Shown: piece by piece, positions 1 to 13,400 of the stretch
How positions within the stretch are numbered: position 1 is the stretch's first letter
Layout: the number at the start of each line of letters is the position of its first letter
Assembly: GCF_964204645.1 (NCBI RefSeq)
Contig: NC_134026.1
Location: 17,642,150-17,706,149, forward strand
Direction: 5' to 3'
Length of the DNA: 64,000 nucleotides
Source: Tubulanus polymorphus
Lineage: Eukaryota; Animalia; Nemertea
Made by a program: the position numbers and the translations under genes
Notes under the pieces: generated by a model
The model's database searches: none
The model's input: the letters and a program-made list of their open reading frames with translations, nothing else
Told to the model about the DNA's origin: nothing

Positions 1-992
1 GTCGATGACATGGTCAACATTGTTAAAATTCTACGAAAAACTGTTTTTGGCGGTAAAATTCTTAGCTCTCGCGTATAAAATTGCAATGACCTCGATTGGG
101 GGGGGGCGTTGTCTCTACGATCAAATGTGATTGGCTGTTTTTGGGATATACGGGGAATTCCGGCGCTACTGAAATAATTATGGGAAAGCCATAGAATGGC
201 GAATGTTTCATTGGACTAGGTGCCGTATACGTGCAAATTTCAAATGCTCATTGCTGGTGAGAATGTAATTATTCTCCGCCATAGGTATTGTTTCATTTTA
301 ATACCCGGTGATTGATTTGATTGACATTGAAGTGTAAGCGAACATTCACTTACACAAGGCCTCCACATGCGCGCGGAAATCATTAGATTGGACTGTTGCA
401 CACACAAACACACGCCCGTACAGTATACACTACTATAGTGATACTGTAACGCTGCTTGCTGGCGCGTCTGACATTTCATCAGCAGAAGAGCGCTGTGTTT
501 TCTGTTTGATAGAATTTGTAATAAATTGTAATTTCTTTTGACCTGAAAATACTAAGCAGCAAACTATAGCTATAAGTCGAGGTCTGAATATTGTAGTGGT
601 AAATTCCAGGATTTAAAATGATCTAATACGCCGATTTCTTACTGCACCGGTCCGCGGCCATACTTACAGCCACCCTCTGATATGTGACATCATATGAATT
701 TTATTTGAATATTTTTTCATATTATGAAAAAATATTTCTTTGAAAATATAAAATAGTTTCCATGCCGCGCCTACCTGTACCCTACGAAATTTTGGATGTG
801 GACCATAAACAAATGTATATCTTTGGTCTTATTTGACTACAAAATAATCCTTTAAGAAAGATAAAATACAATATTTAAACTTGTAGAACTTCGAAGTCAC
901 AAATTAAAAAGATTTTTCAAGCAATGCCCTTACCCCAAACAACCTCTAGCTTTCAAGGTAAACCACACTTTGCCCATGGGCAATTTATTGTA
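1..992 (+). mobile_element. HINE-like non-autonomous Helentron, family A (5' end outside window)
   Basis: Colinear with ~12970-13826; ends with AAGGTAAACC subTIR, TTGCCCATGGGCAA palindrome and TTTATT. Confidence 0.75.
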
Positions 993-1267
993 CCTCGGCT
1001 AGTCTCGATGCCATCAGGTTCAATTCAGTGAGGATGACAGGGACTGTTATGAGCTAGTATGGCATGATTAATAAACAGTGCAGCACCCATTGTTGTATAT
1101 TTATTTGTGCAGTGACGGTTTAACGGATACTATTTTACATAAGCAGTGCTAATGGACCCCCAAAATAGTGATGATTAAAGCAAAATGACAATTATGAATG
1201 ACGAATTAACCATAGAAACGTTAAGGAAATAAAGAAACGTTTATCTTTTCTTCGTTTATGTTTACAG

Positions 1268-1489
1268 ATGATATAGTCAGTCTCGCCAAATGGTTGGTGT
1301 GTATTCATCGTAGTTTGGATGAGTTTCAAGATAATTCGACAATTCTTAATCAGATTCGGGCAATGAAGATATTTCCGCTCACCTGCGGGCGGCTCATATC
1401 GCTAGCCTCTGGAACTGTGTTCTTTCCTCAGATGGCTGGGAAAGATTCCAATGCAAAATCGAAACCTAGTCGAAGGTGCACTTATGGAG
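1268..1489 (+). CDS. Host gene exon a (DDIVSLAKWLVCIH...CTYG)
   Basis: tttacag| acceptor, gag|gtaaac donor, phase 1/1. Confidence 0.8.
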
Positions 1490-4400
1490 GTAAACTTTTG
1501 GGCAAAGCATCGAACCTGATCAATCAACTTAGTACTGGATATAATATATCATATACGGGCCTAACATAACATAACATATCGTATAAAATATACGAAATTT
1601 TACAAATCTATGAATATACCGTAAAATAAGCCTGTTGCATTTTCAACTCATACATTTATCTTCGCAGATTATCCCCCAGATGTAAGCATTCTAAACCTGG
1701 CGATATTGTCATGTCTTGATGAAGTAGCTAATCCACAGATAAAAAGAATGCTTGAAGAACTCGGCGTCAAACATCTGAATGCACCAGATGTTATAAATCA
1801 TCACATTGTGCCTATACTTAAGTCAGACATTTGGAAGGTATGTGATTATAAGAGAAGTCAGAAATTTTCAAAATCTAACAGTGTCTAAACATGAATTTAG
1901 GAGAGAGTTGAGAACTTGGGAATGAATCATGTATGAATTCAATTGATGTTGCTATTATGTACTAGCATGCTTTTTAGCCGACTTGGGACTTAGGCCTAAC
2001 GGACTATTGCATTTATTTTTCTTCCGGAGATAGAATCCAGTTATTTTGGGAAGTTTTGAAGACGCTTCAATGGATTGTCTGGATCTTTGGTATACAGATG
2101 CATCTTCTGCCTTAAAACTGGCCCGACCAGACTCAAGATGGCCGACTGGCAACCATTGTTGTTTGCCAAAATCGCACAATTTTAGGATCAACTGTGTTGA
2201 TCCTTATAGAATGCTCCTGAGAGTAACTTTCTGTTAGCTCTTGGTGGCACATTGTAACCAATGGATATACACAGCTGATATTTTGTCAATAGGTGGAAAA
2301 TAGATAGCAGAATTGATATAGCAGGTTTCGTCCATCAGTTCTAAGCTATTTGGAAGTACTGGGAGAAAATGTGCACAATTTTGATAAATTGTTTCCCATT
2401 CTACTATACTTGACCTAGTTTTATGACATCACAGGGAAAGCCATTCAGAGGGCATCACTTGGAAATTCCTCTAGAAGGGCTTTGCCAGTGACATCATTAC
2501 AGAGAACTGTTCTACCATGTACTTGTGACTCATAGGGAAACCCAGTACCATGTATATCAACTGTATATCAAGTTGAACATGCGTACTACACAGTGCACCA
2601 TGATGATTTCGTCTTTATCAGCTGTTTATATATAATCGCAGATCCAAGAACAAAACGATTTTTGTGCTCTAAACTAAAATGTGCTCAATTGATCCTAATG
2701 GACCCATGGTTCTTTATTGAAGTATTCAAGGGAAATCTTGAGAAAGCTTTGATGAAATATCTTGATCTTTTCAATATGTTTGTATTATGTATTATCATGG
2801 TGCAGCAGCATAACAAAAATTGGGTCAATTGAACGCAATATTGCCATCATGTGACCTTTTCTGTGCCCTCCTGTAGCTCCCAAATGGTTGGCCATTTTTC
2901 ATTAAAATTCGTGATGGTTATTGATACTTTGAGAATGGCTCTTATACATATTGAATGAATTCTTTGATCAGTTAAGTGTGACTTGATCGGTAGCCATCTT
3001 AGTGTCATCAGTCCTCATTTCTTGATCAAAAATGATTTTTTGAGAAAAATATTGACAGGATTTAACTTGATATTTGATCAATTTTAACATTGTCGTAGTA
3101 TTCATCTCCCCACATGGACTTGGGGTTACCCAGATTTTTTTTCTCGCCACCAGGGAGTGTTGAATATTGAATTACATACAATTTTCCTATTTATATTGGT
3201 ACCTATGGATATTTTGTAACCAGACGCGACTGCAAAACTGTAACTCAAGACAGGTTATTTGATTGTGGTGAATTTCAAACTCATTGAACGATTACTGTAT
3301 TCCTTCACCAGGGAATGTTGAATATGGAATTGTCAGAGAATATGGAATTGTCAGATTGTGAAGCATTTCACCAAGTGGGCAGGGTGTCCCTGGACCCCTA
3401 GTTTGAACATTTCATGGTTTTCTCAGTAATGTAGGAGATTAAATTAAATGTTTTTCAGGACAAAGATGAGGATACACTGATTAGTTACGTCATTTACCTG
3501 AAAATTCAACTGTCGAAAGAACCAAACATTCTAAATCTATCAAGTTTGCTAGGATGCGTACCTGTAAAAACGAATCGAGGAATGAAGAACCCTTCAACGG
3601 ATGCTATTCACTTCACACCTGACTATGAAAATGTATTGGATCTACAAAGATCTTTACCAGGTCCGTCTCATTGATCACCAGAGCAGTAATAATTCTGCAG
3701 AATGTTTCCGTTTGGCCAGTATTCTCACTTCGTTAATTGGTTCATATGTGGATAGAATCCAGTTTTTTTGGGAAGTTTTGATTAGATCTTGACATGAACC
3801 TGCCTTAGCTCAAAAATTGGTTCAGTCATAGTCAAGACAAGCTGACTAGCAGCAATTGTTTGTTGCTGAAATCAACTCAGAGCAGCTTTCTTGTAAGGCA
3901 AAGTATAAATTTGAAGATTCTTTGCTTATGTACCTACCATATCAGTTGAGCGATTTTAGGCCTAAAATTCAGACCTATGCACCACCTATACAATATTGTA
4001 CGAATGGAATTCGATACCCCGAGTATGATGTTACTATCAAGCGCTGAGTACGATATTACTACCAAGCACCGAGCACAGTATTGCTACTAAGCGCCAAATA
4101 TAGAATCATTACTCTGCACTGGGTATATCTACCAAGCAATGGGTCCAGTATTACAATTTTGTGCTGAGTACAGTATTACTATCCAGTACCAAGTACAGTA
4201 CTACTTCCCAGTACCAAGTACAGTATTACTACCCAGTGCCAGGTACAGTATTATGGTACAGTTGTACTATCCAGTACCAAGTACAGTATTACTATCCAGT
4301 ACCAAGTACAGTATAATAACCCAGTGCTGGGTACAGTATTACTATCCAGTACCAAGTACAGTATTACTACCCAGTGCCAGGTACAGTATTACTATCCAGT

Positions 4401-7400
4401 ACCAAGTACAGTATTACTACCCAGTGCCAGGTACAGTATTACTATCCAGTACCAAGTACAGTTTACTACTTCCCAGTACCAAGTAGAGTATTACTACCCA
4501 GTGCGGGGTACAGTATTACTTATCACCTAGTAACAGTATTGTTACTCAGCACTGAATACAGTAATACTAATGAGCACCGAGTACAGTATTACCACTCAAC
4601 ACCAAGTACAGTATTGCTACTCAGCACCGAGTGGAGTATTATTACTCAGCACTGAGTACAGTATTACTACTCAGTACTCGGTACAGTATTAAAGTGCTAA
4701 GTCCAGTATTGTTACTCAGCGCCGAGTACAGCATTATTACTCAGTGCTGAGTACAGCATTATTACCCAGTGCGAAGTACAGTATTGTTACTGTATTGTCC
4801 TCCAAAAAACCTCCAACCAATTTATATAGTTATCTAGAAGAATGGAAGAAGCTCTTCAAATAAAACAATAGAAAAATCACCAAACCACCTCGGCCCTTCT
4901 CCACTCAATCCCGCCCTATGGTCTATGTGGAGGCGTTTTGACAAAAATTGCACTGATTTTCATGTTAGAATATCTGAAAGTATTTTAATTATGGGGAACA
5001 ATATTAGGGTAGTTTTGTGTCGACCGCACATAACTACAGATAACTGCTGTGTCGACTCGAGAATGACATTGGGAAAGCCCTCCAGTGAAGTGCTTTCCCA
5101 GTGATGTCATCAAGAACATACACGTAGAACAGATCGTTCTGCCGGTAGTGATTCATAGGGAAAACCCCTTACCTTGTATATCATCAAAGTTGAAGATGCT
5201 TACTATACAGTGCACCATGATTTCATCGTTATACGTTATTGCAAATCTGAGAAAAAATTGATTTTTGTGCTCAAGTAAAACCTACTAGCTCAGTTGATCC
5301 ATCTGGGCCCATGGTCCTTAGATTAGTTTTTGTTTTGTGTTTTTCTTAAATTGAGATGATATGAAAATAATGCATGTGGCCCATAAGAAATACTTCCCGC
5401 CAAGTTTATTTACTGCGTACTAATCCAGACATCAACGTCAACCAAGCCAAGACCTGTTAATTACGTACTGACGTTTTATCGATATTATGGATTGAAAATG
5501 CCCGGCGCGTTGGAAGCAATTTTTGATTGCTACAGCCAAATGCCGATTTCGGACGGTTCTAAATATTGCCTCGGCAAATTTACTTCATTTCTCCAAAAAC
5601 GTGGTATTCAAAGAAAAAAAAACATCATGTAGTTAAAATATTGCTGGATTCGCTGCACCTCTAACGCCACTGAATGCACCTGGCTAAAATTATACTTTCA
5701 ACTCGTTTCTCAAAATTCTCATTCGCTCTAATCGCATTCATTCTCAATCCATAGGCCTGCCGTGCCTAATTTTTAGCCCACTTGCGACTTTAGTCCCAGC
5801 GGGCTATTGCGCTCAATTTTTGTTCTTCCTTTTGTCCGTCCGTAGACGGAATCCAGTCACTTAGGGAAGTTTTGAAGACGCTTCAATGTTATGTCTTGAT
5901 ATTTGGGTTACACATGTATCTACCCTAGACACATCTTCAGGCCAAAAAAACTGGCCCTGTCAGAATCAAGATGGCCGACTGGTAGCCATTGTTGTTCACC
6001 AAAATCAGCACTTTTTACACGTTTTTGAACTTGTTGAGAGAAATTTTGAAGACGCTTTGATCAATTACCTTGATCTTTCGTATATTTGAATCCCCGAGGG
6101 CCCATCAGCATAACAAAAATTGGGTCGATCGGACTAAAGATGGCCATCCTATGACCTTTTTAGTGCCCAAAAATGTCAATTTTGGCCCGAATTCTGAGTC
6201 ATGTAGCTTCCGACTGGTTTGCCATTTCTCATTGCAATTGCTGATGGGTATTCTTTGGAAAGGGATATTTTAAGGGAAGTTAATACCTGACACAGGTATT
6301 TTTGATCAGCCAATTATGACGCAATTGGCAGCCATCTTGGTGTCATCAGTACACATTTGTAGGTGGGAAAAAGTTTTTCGACATTTTATTGATACCTAAG
6401 CATATTTTGTGACCACAATGAATTAAAAAGTTGTAGCTCATAACGTGTTCTATGATTGTGGTGAGTTTCAAGGTCATTGGTTTTTGTATATGGCCACCAG
6501 GGGGCGTTGAATAATACAATATCTTGGTATTTCTATATTATATTTGTACCAATGCATATTTTGTTAACACAATCAATTGCAAAGTTGTAGCTCATGACAT
6601 CGTCTATGATTGTGGTGAGTTTTAAGGATATCAGTTATTCTATATGGTCACAAGGGGGCGTTGATTAGTAGAATAACTTAGTATTTCCTTATTATATTGG
6701 CACCTAGGCATATCTTGTTACCATGATCGATTGCAAAGATGTAGTTTATGACATGTTCTGTGATTGTGGTGAGTTTCAAGGTCATTGGGTTTTGGTTATG
6801 GTCACCAGGGGGTATTGAATAGTAGAATATCTTAGTATTTCCATATTAAATTAGTAACGAGGCATATTTTGTTATCACAATCAATTACAAATGATTGTGG
6901 TGAGTTCCTAGGTCATTGGTTTTTGTATATGGTCACCAGGGGGCATTGAAAATTGAAATTGTTAGATTGTTAAGCGTTTCAAACCACTTCCCAAGTGGGC
7001 ATGGTGCCCTTGGACCCCTAGTTTGTCGAGCTTTTATATTTCGAGCTTCAGTAGCTTTGGTCCTCTAGTTTGGAAAATACGGGGCGCTGCACTGCAATCA
7101 CTGCAATCGCGCATGCAGTGAAAGGGTTAGATACTTCTAATAAGTTTAAAGTAAAAATCAGCCCATAGATATGTCATAATCCATAAAGGAACCTGAAAAA
7201 CTGAATATAATCTATTAATCTATTGATTATTTATTTACTTTACAGGTTACTCATGGGTTTTGTTAGATGCGTGTTATTTACCAGTGCCCCCATCTCGGCA
7301 TGATAAAGAGACATGGACTGTATTCTTTGCGAGTCTTGGTGTTCTCAGAAATTTGTCTGTCAGGAAGCGTCAAAAGTGTTTCACTCTAGCTGAATTAGTA

Positions 7401-10400
7401 AGTTTATTCACAATGATGAATTTCTGTATTTTAAAAATTCTTTGATAACAGTGTCTATATCTATATCATAGTTATATGTGTGTGAGCAAGAAATTTTCTT
7501 TGACAAAAAATAGTGAAACCCAAAATTTTGTGGGGGTTCAGACCTGTACAGACTCAAGTTTCGGTGTGACAGTTTATGATGGTTTGCGCATTTGATTGAA
7601 ATCCGATATTTTTTTCTTTGTCTGGTCAGGTTCTGAGATCTGTGTAAATCCATTGAGATAATTGGGGGAGGAGGGTAGGTTGTGAGTCGGTCTTGTCACG
7701 GACATCGACAACTCAATCAGACCGTATAAGCGTCTTTGAGTATTGTTTTGTCGATCTCTGGTTTATTGCACAATAGCCTACTGCGGCTATAAATAGTACA
7801 ACATAGAATCGATACACGATCTATATCTGAGACTGCAGTGAAATGAGAAAAACGTGGATTTATGTGATAAAACATGTGTCATAGATGGCGCAAAACCCTA
7901 TAGAAAATTATACTTGATAACTTAAGCTAAATTGACCCAAAGCTTGCCAACCTGAAACAACATTTTGACCACTTGACCAATTATTTTGAAATTTTAGTGT
8001 CAAGATTCACCTGTAAGATGGTATTTTCCAACTACTTAGTTTCCTCACTTGTTGGAAATACAGTATTTCATTTTTCTCTGGAAACCTTGTGTATGTGTGT
8101 GTATAGCATTTTGCAAGTCTTAATACATAGTACAGCAACTACATGTGCTCGGAGTATAACAGCAGTTAAAACAAATTAATTGACATATAATGAAATACAA
8201 AAATCTATGTAATTTAGGGTTAACAACTGCCCTTATCTTATTGCCAAGAAAATATGGGATGAAAAATGTTATTTTGAAATAAGTTTTTTGCACATTATTT
8301 TTATTTATTTTAGGAAAAGTCAGAGTGGGCAGCTGTTGTACCATTATTAGATGGAAAATTAGGACCATTCAAAATTGATGATTATGTCTGTGATGAGTTC
8401 TATTCCCTCGTCACTTACAATGAGGAAGAAGTCTCTCACATGCAGCAGATGAAAACGCTGTATCAATGGCTATCGCGACAATTCAGCCACTTGAATAAGT
8501 ATCTAAAGACTAGTGTGATGAATGAAGCCAATGAGGAAATAAAACAGGTTGAATCCACATTTGGTATGCAACTGACAAATCTAGCCTGGGTTCCTGGCAT
8601 TATAACCACATTTACAAGTATGCCCAATCCCAGTAAGCAATGTGAAGAAAAGCTGTTCTGTGGTAAAGAACTGTTTGTGCCAAATCGGCCGTCAAAGGAG
8701 TATTTTGATTGCCATGTCACATATTTGAATACTGGAGAATCAAATGCTACAGATCTATCAAATTACCTCGGTATGTCTTCACACATAACTGCTGAAATGG
8801 TAAAGAACCTTTTGATCAGCTGGTGCAGACGTGATGGTACTGAGAAGGTGAAAACATTTGTCACAAACCTACATCATATCAAAACAGTTTATTACTATCT
8901 GGGAAAATACCTTAGTATTTTTATTATGCGCGAATTGTTCACCCAGCATCCTATAATATTTGTGCCGATCAAAACTGATTTTGTTTCTGATGGAGAGGAG
9001 TATGTAAGGGGTCAATTCTTATATTGCGTAGAAGTATGTTGGTCTGATCCAACCAATCTTTTCCGGCAATATGCCATTGAATTGGAAGACTTTCACGGAG
9101 AGTTAAAAGTTCTACCAATGATTGATTCGTTCTATCAAGGAATGGAGGACTTCTTCATTAGTCAAGGTAAAGTCCATGAACAACCGTACAGGAAGCACTA
9201 CGTTGAGCTGTTGGAATGCATTACACTGTTAGGCAGAGATAGCATAAGGAATGATGTACTCGTCGGATTGAGCCACATCGCTACCCACTTGTTTAATCAA
9301 GGAGAAATGTTCATGGAACGTTTAGACGAGATGCAGATAATGCTCACGCAAAAGGCCATTATTCCTGTGAAACACAATAAGTTTGTCAGTTTAGATGTAA
9401 AACCGATGTTCGCTGATCACAAATTGGAAAAATATTTCATCAATAAAGAGGGCATCTATTTCATTGATTTGGAGTCGAAAAAATCTAAAAACAGGAACAC
9501 TGGTAAGTTAATTTCATATTTTTGTACTGATTAAGATGGGAAATCATGGAAAATTGGTGGTGCTTAGTTTATTTATTGTCTTTTTTCAGCTAACAGAATT
9601 AACAAAGAGCTTGTGTATAAGTTTTTGGCAGCTTGCAAAGTTGTAAAATTGTCAGAATGTCTTGAAACGCAGCAGATAACTGAGCACATTAAACCATGCC
9701 CAACGATGCAGCTGTATCTCCATAACATAATTCCTCATGTTCAACGATTTCTCCTGAACAGATACAGTGAAATATACCAGCAACATGTCGACAATAAAAT
9801 TGCTGCCAAATTAAAGATTATGAAGTTTTATGAGGTATGATGTCATTATGATGTAGCGGTATGTAAAACTCACATGTGTTTGATTCTGAATGTTGGATTC
9901 ACATGCTGGGTTGATTATGATTAGCCTACTTAGCTCACCAAAATGTTTGGCAAATATGGTCTCCTTATCGGTGTATACACAGTAGAACTGGCGTAAGTCG
10001 GACATGTTTGGACAACTTAGAAAAATTCCAATTATTAGTAAGTTGGATTTCGGAGTTTTCTAAGAAAAATCTGAGTTTGCTACAGGTTAAGACCCTAAAC
10101 CCTAACAACTGAGTCACATGGGGTGAATACATTATTCTATAGCCGTCTACTATTGTAAACATGTCCTTAACAAGTGTCAGTGGACAGAAAATTCGATATA
10201 CAGGTGTATAATACACTGCGCGCCAGTGACAATCTCTTTAAAAAGAACTGAAATTAGCGGTCTGATTTAAAGATTGAAAAATGCATTGCTTTGAAGCTGT
10301 CGGAACATATATTCTAGCCGACTTAGCTGAATTTCCAACTTCTAGAATCCGACTTTGAGACAGATTTTGATAGGAAAATGAACTGAAAATCGGGACCTTG

Positions 10401-13400
10401 GAATTTCGGCCGACTTTGCCAATTTTTCGACTTGAAGCTGTTTGACAAATTATTCCTGGCAAAATTATTGTAAATTTTAAACACATTCGCTTCCAACTAC
10501 GAGTGTACGCTAATTCGTTTTTAGATATTTGCACCCTGGCACTCGCGAATGACCTGTTCCTGATTGGCTGGCAGTGTGAACAAAGCCTCACTATTAATAG
10601 CTCCTGCGCCATTTGGGAGGGGCACCTTATTATCATGTTGGCAGCATTCTGTTATGTTATGTTTTTTGAACATCTGCATGATTGGAAGCATCAATTTCTC
10701 AGGAGTAACCAGTGGGTGTGTGAGCTGAAAATTCTTCTTGGCAGATCCAAGTCCCAGCAGACTATTGCGTTGGCTTTTGCTCCCCATTGCTTCAATTAAA
10801 TGTCTTGATATTTCGCTTCATCCTTTGCCCAAAAACTGGCCTGATTAGATTCATGATGGCTAACTTGCTGCCATTGTTGTTTGTTAGAATGAGCACTTTT
10901 AAGCATGTTGTAGCTTTTATTTCTAAGCGTGGTTTATAGACTCATAGAATGTTAGCGAAACATCAACTTACGGGTAAGTCTACAATTATGACTTCCACTT
11001 TGGTTTCACTTAGAAATCAAGATCTTTTTGGCCACTAAAGCGCAACTGTTATGCAGACCTGCCAACCATCCTGTTTTTCCCGGAATTGTTAGGTAAATTA
11101 AAGTGAAATTACGGTGTTATGTTTTTTCAGAAATGATACGTTTTTCATTTAAATCAAAATCCGGGAAATTTTTTTCCATCACGTTTAAGTAAATTACACA
11201 AATACATTTATTACAAAAATAAAAGTTGTCATATTTTTCATTTACTTGCTTTTGCCTTAAATCACGCCAGAACAAATTTTTTACGATCTCTGACAGAACA
11301 CTGACTGCTTTGTGACCCACTATCGTGAAGTTCCATCAGCTACCGCCATCTATGTAGAATCGAAAATTGCATCTGGTATGAATAATTCTGTTATGTCTGA
11401 TGCCGCGTTCAAAACAAAAATGTTCAGTCACACATGCTCCCGCCTCACTTGGCTGATTTCAGTAAGTGAGTTTATTGCTTTGAACAGGCAGCAGTGCTTC
11501 GTAGGTTGCAGTGAGTGGGTTAATTGCTTTTTCATTTTGTATCATCTGTTACATTTGAAAAACTGTTTCGTGACTCAGCAGCCGGGTCACGAAGGCAGCA
11601 GTAACTCATGCTGTATCAACTGACAACTCAAGTCAGAGGCTATGCCAGCAGACCCATATGCCCTCTGTGAATAGTGGGATATACTACAAAAAATTTGGTT
11701 AATGGCCCACCACATAAATTCTAGAATACATTTTCATTGAAAACCACGTCCCAGCGATAGAACACAACGAAATCTACCACCAGGCAAATTATCAGGGCGA
11801 TACATGCAGTAACGATGGAGCAGTCGGTACGACAATTTGGTATTATAGAAGAATATGTCAACTTGTTTGACCTATCATATGACCTAACTAGGTCATGATG
11901 TCATCCAAGATGGCCTACTATGATTTCACTTTAGCACCTGGCCAAGTTGGCTTAGATGCATTCGCATATTGTTGTATGCGGTCACCAAGGGCATTGAATA
12001 GTGGAGTAACTTAATATTTCCATACTATATTGCTACCTAGGCATCTTTTGTTACCCCAATCGCAAAATTGTAAAATTGTAGCTCACGACATGTTCTATGA
12101 TTATGGTGAGTTTCAAGATCATTTGTTCCTGTACGTGTTCATCAGGGGGCATTGAGTATTGAAATTGTTAGTTTGGTGAACATTTCAAACCATTCCAAAC
12201 CATCCATGCACGTAGAATTTGAGGAGTACTGCGTCATCTAGTTTGAATAAATTTATGGTGCCTAGGATACTGATGGTAAGTAAAAAATGTCAGGGACCCC
12301 TGATCCTGAAGCGATAGTAGCAATAGTTTAAAGTTGCAAGGTCAAAGTCCTGCAAAAACTCTATGATTATTGTGAATTCCAAGCTGATCGATTACTTCAT
12401 TCGTTCAACAGGGGGTATTGATAATTGATGTCAGATTGTCAAGCATTTCACCAAATGGGCATGGTGTCCCAGGACCCCTACTTTTTCTGGCATTTAGAAA
12501 AGGGCCCAGAAATTTCAATAATATAGATTACCAAATAATGAAAGCAAAAATAATAACTTTCCATGAAGAGTAAAAAAGAAACTCAAATCATTTACAGGTT
12601 CGGACCTTAGAAGTGGTATACACAATCAAGAACATAGAAACTGAGCCCCATAAGCAGAACGAAAAGTGTCGAATCACTGAAAAAGAATTATTCATCAAAG
12701 ATACTGACCTGAAATCACACAATGACCTCAACAAAGAATTGTCCAAGTTTTTCTCCCTCGGTGATCAAGACAGTTTCAACAATATCAGGTATAATACAGT
12801 CTTTGATAAAATTCTTGGCATTTTTGGTTTACCTTTGTCAGCAGTATGAGGTTGGCATTGAGCCAATTAATGTAAAATGGCAGTACGTTTTTTTATGTGA
12901 GCATTTATTTCATTGGTTCTCGGCTTAAACAACGTATAATCGATGCGATTGAAGACATGACGAACCACCGTCTATGACATGGTCAACTTTGTTTATATTC
13001 GATGAAAAACTGTTTTTGGCGGGAAAATTCTTAGCTCTCGCGTATAAAATTCCAATGACCTCGATTGGGGGGGGGGGGGCGTCGTCTCTACGAATGAATG
13101 TGATTGGAATTCCGGCGAATTCCTAAAATAATTATGGGAAAGCCATTAATGGCGAACGTTTCATTGGACTAGGTGCCGTATATGTGCAAATTTTATATGC
13201 TCATTGCTGGTGAGAATATAATTATTTCACATATCGCCATAGGTATTGTTTCATTTTAATACCCGGTGATTGTTTTGATTGAGACTGAAGTGAAGCAAAC
13301 GTTCACTACACAAGGCCTCCACGTGCACGGAAGTGCTAAACGTTAGACTGTTGCACACACAAACACACGCTCATATAGGTATAGGTCGAGGTCTGAATAT

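Noticed and set aside
4139-4655. Three overlapping Tyr/Pro/Ser-rich ORFs
   Set aside because: Translation artefacts of the 25-bp minisatellite inside an intron
5886-6273. Similar short ORFs recurring at 2593, 6070, 30095 and 31060 as a gene family
   Set aside because: The similarity comes from HINE family B copies; frames and stops are not conserved
6400-6960. 154-bp repeats as CRISPR or coding repeats
   Set aside because: Whole units repeat head-to-tail within HINE termini; no spacers and no sustained ORF
8440-9534. Stand-alone 364-aa gene
   Set aside because: It is internal exon 8314-9502 of the spliced gene; the frame is open upstream of the ATG and a GTAAGT donor precedes the stop
10213-10508. 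Possible CACTA-like MITE (TACACT..AGTGTA)
   Set aside because: Inverted match of only about 6 bp; insufficient support
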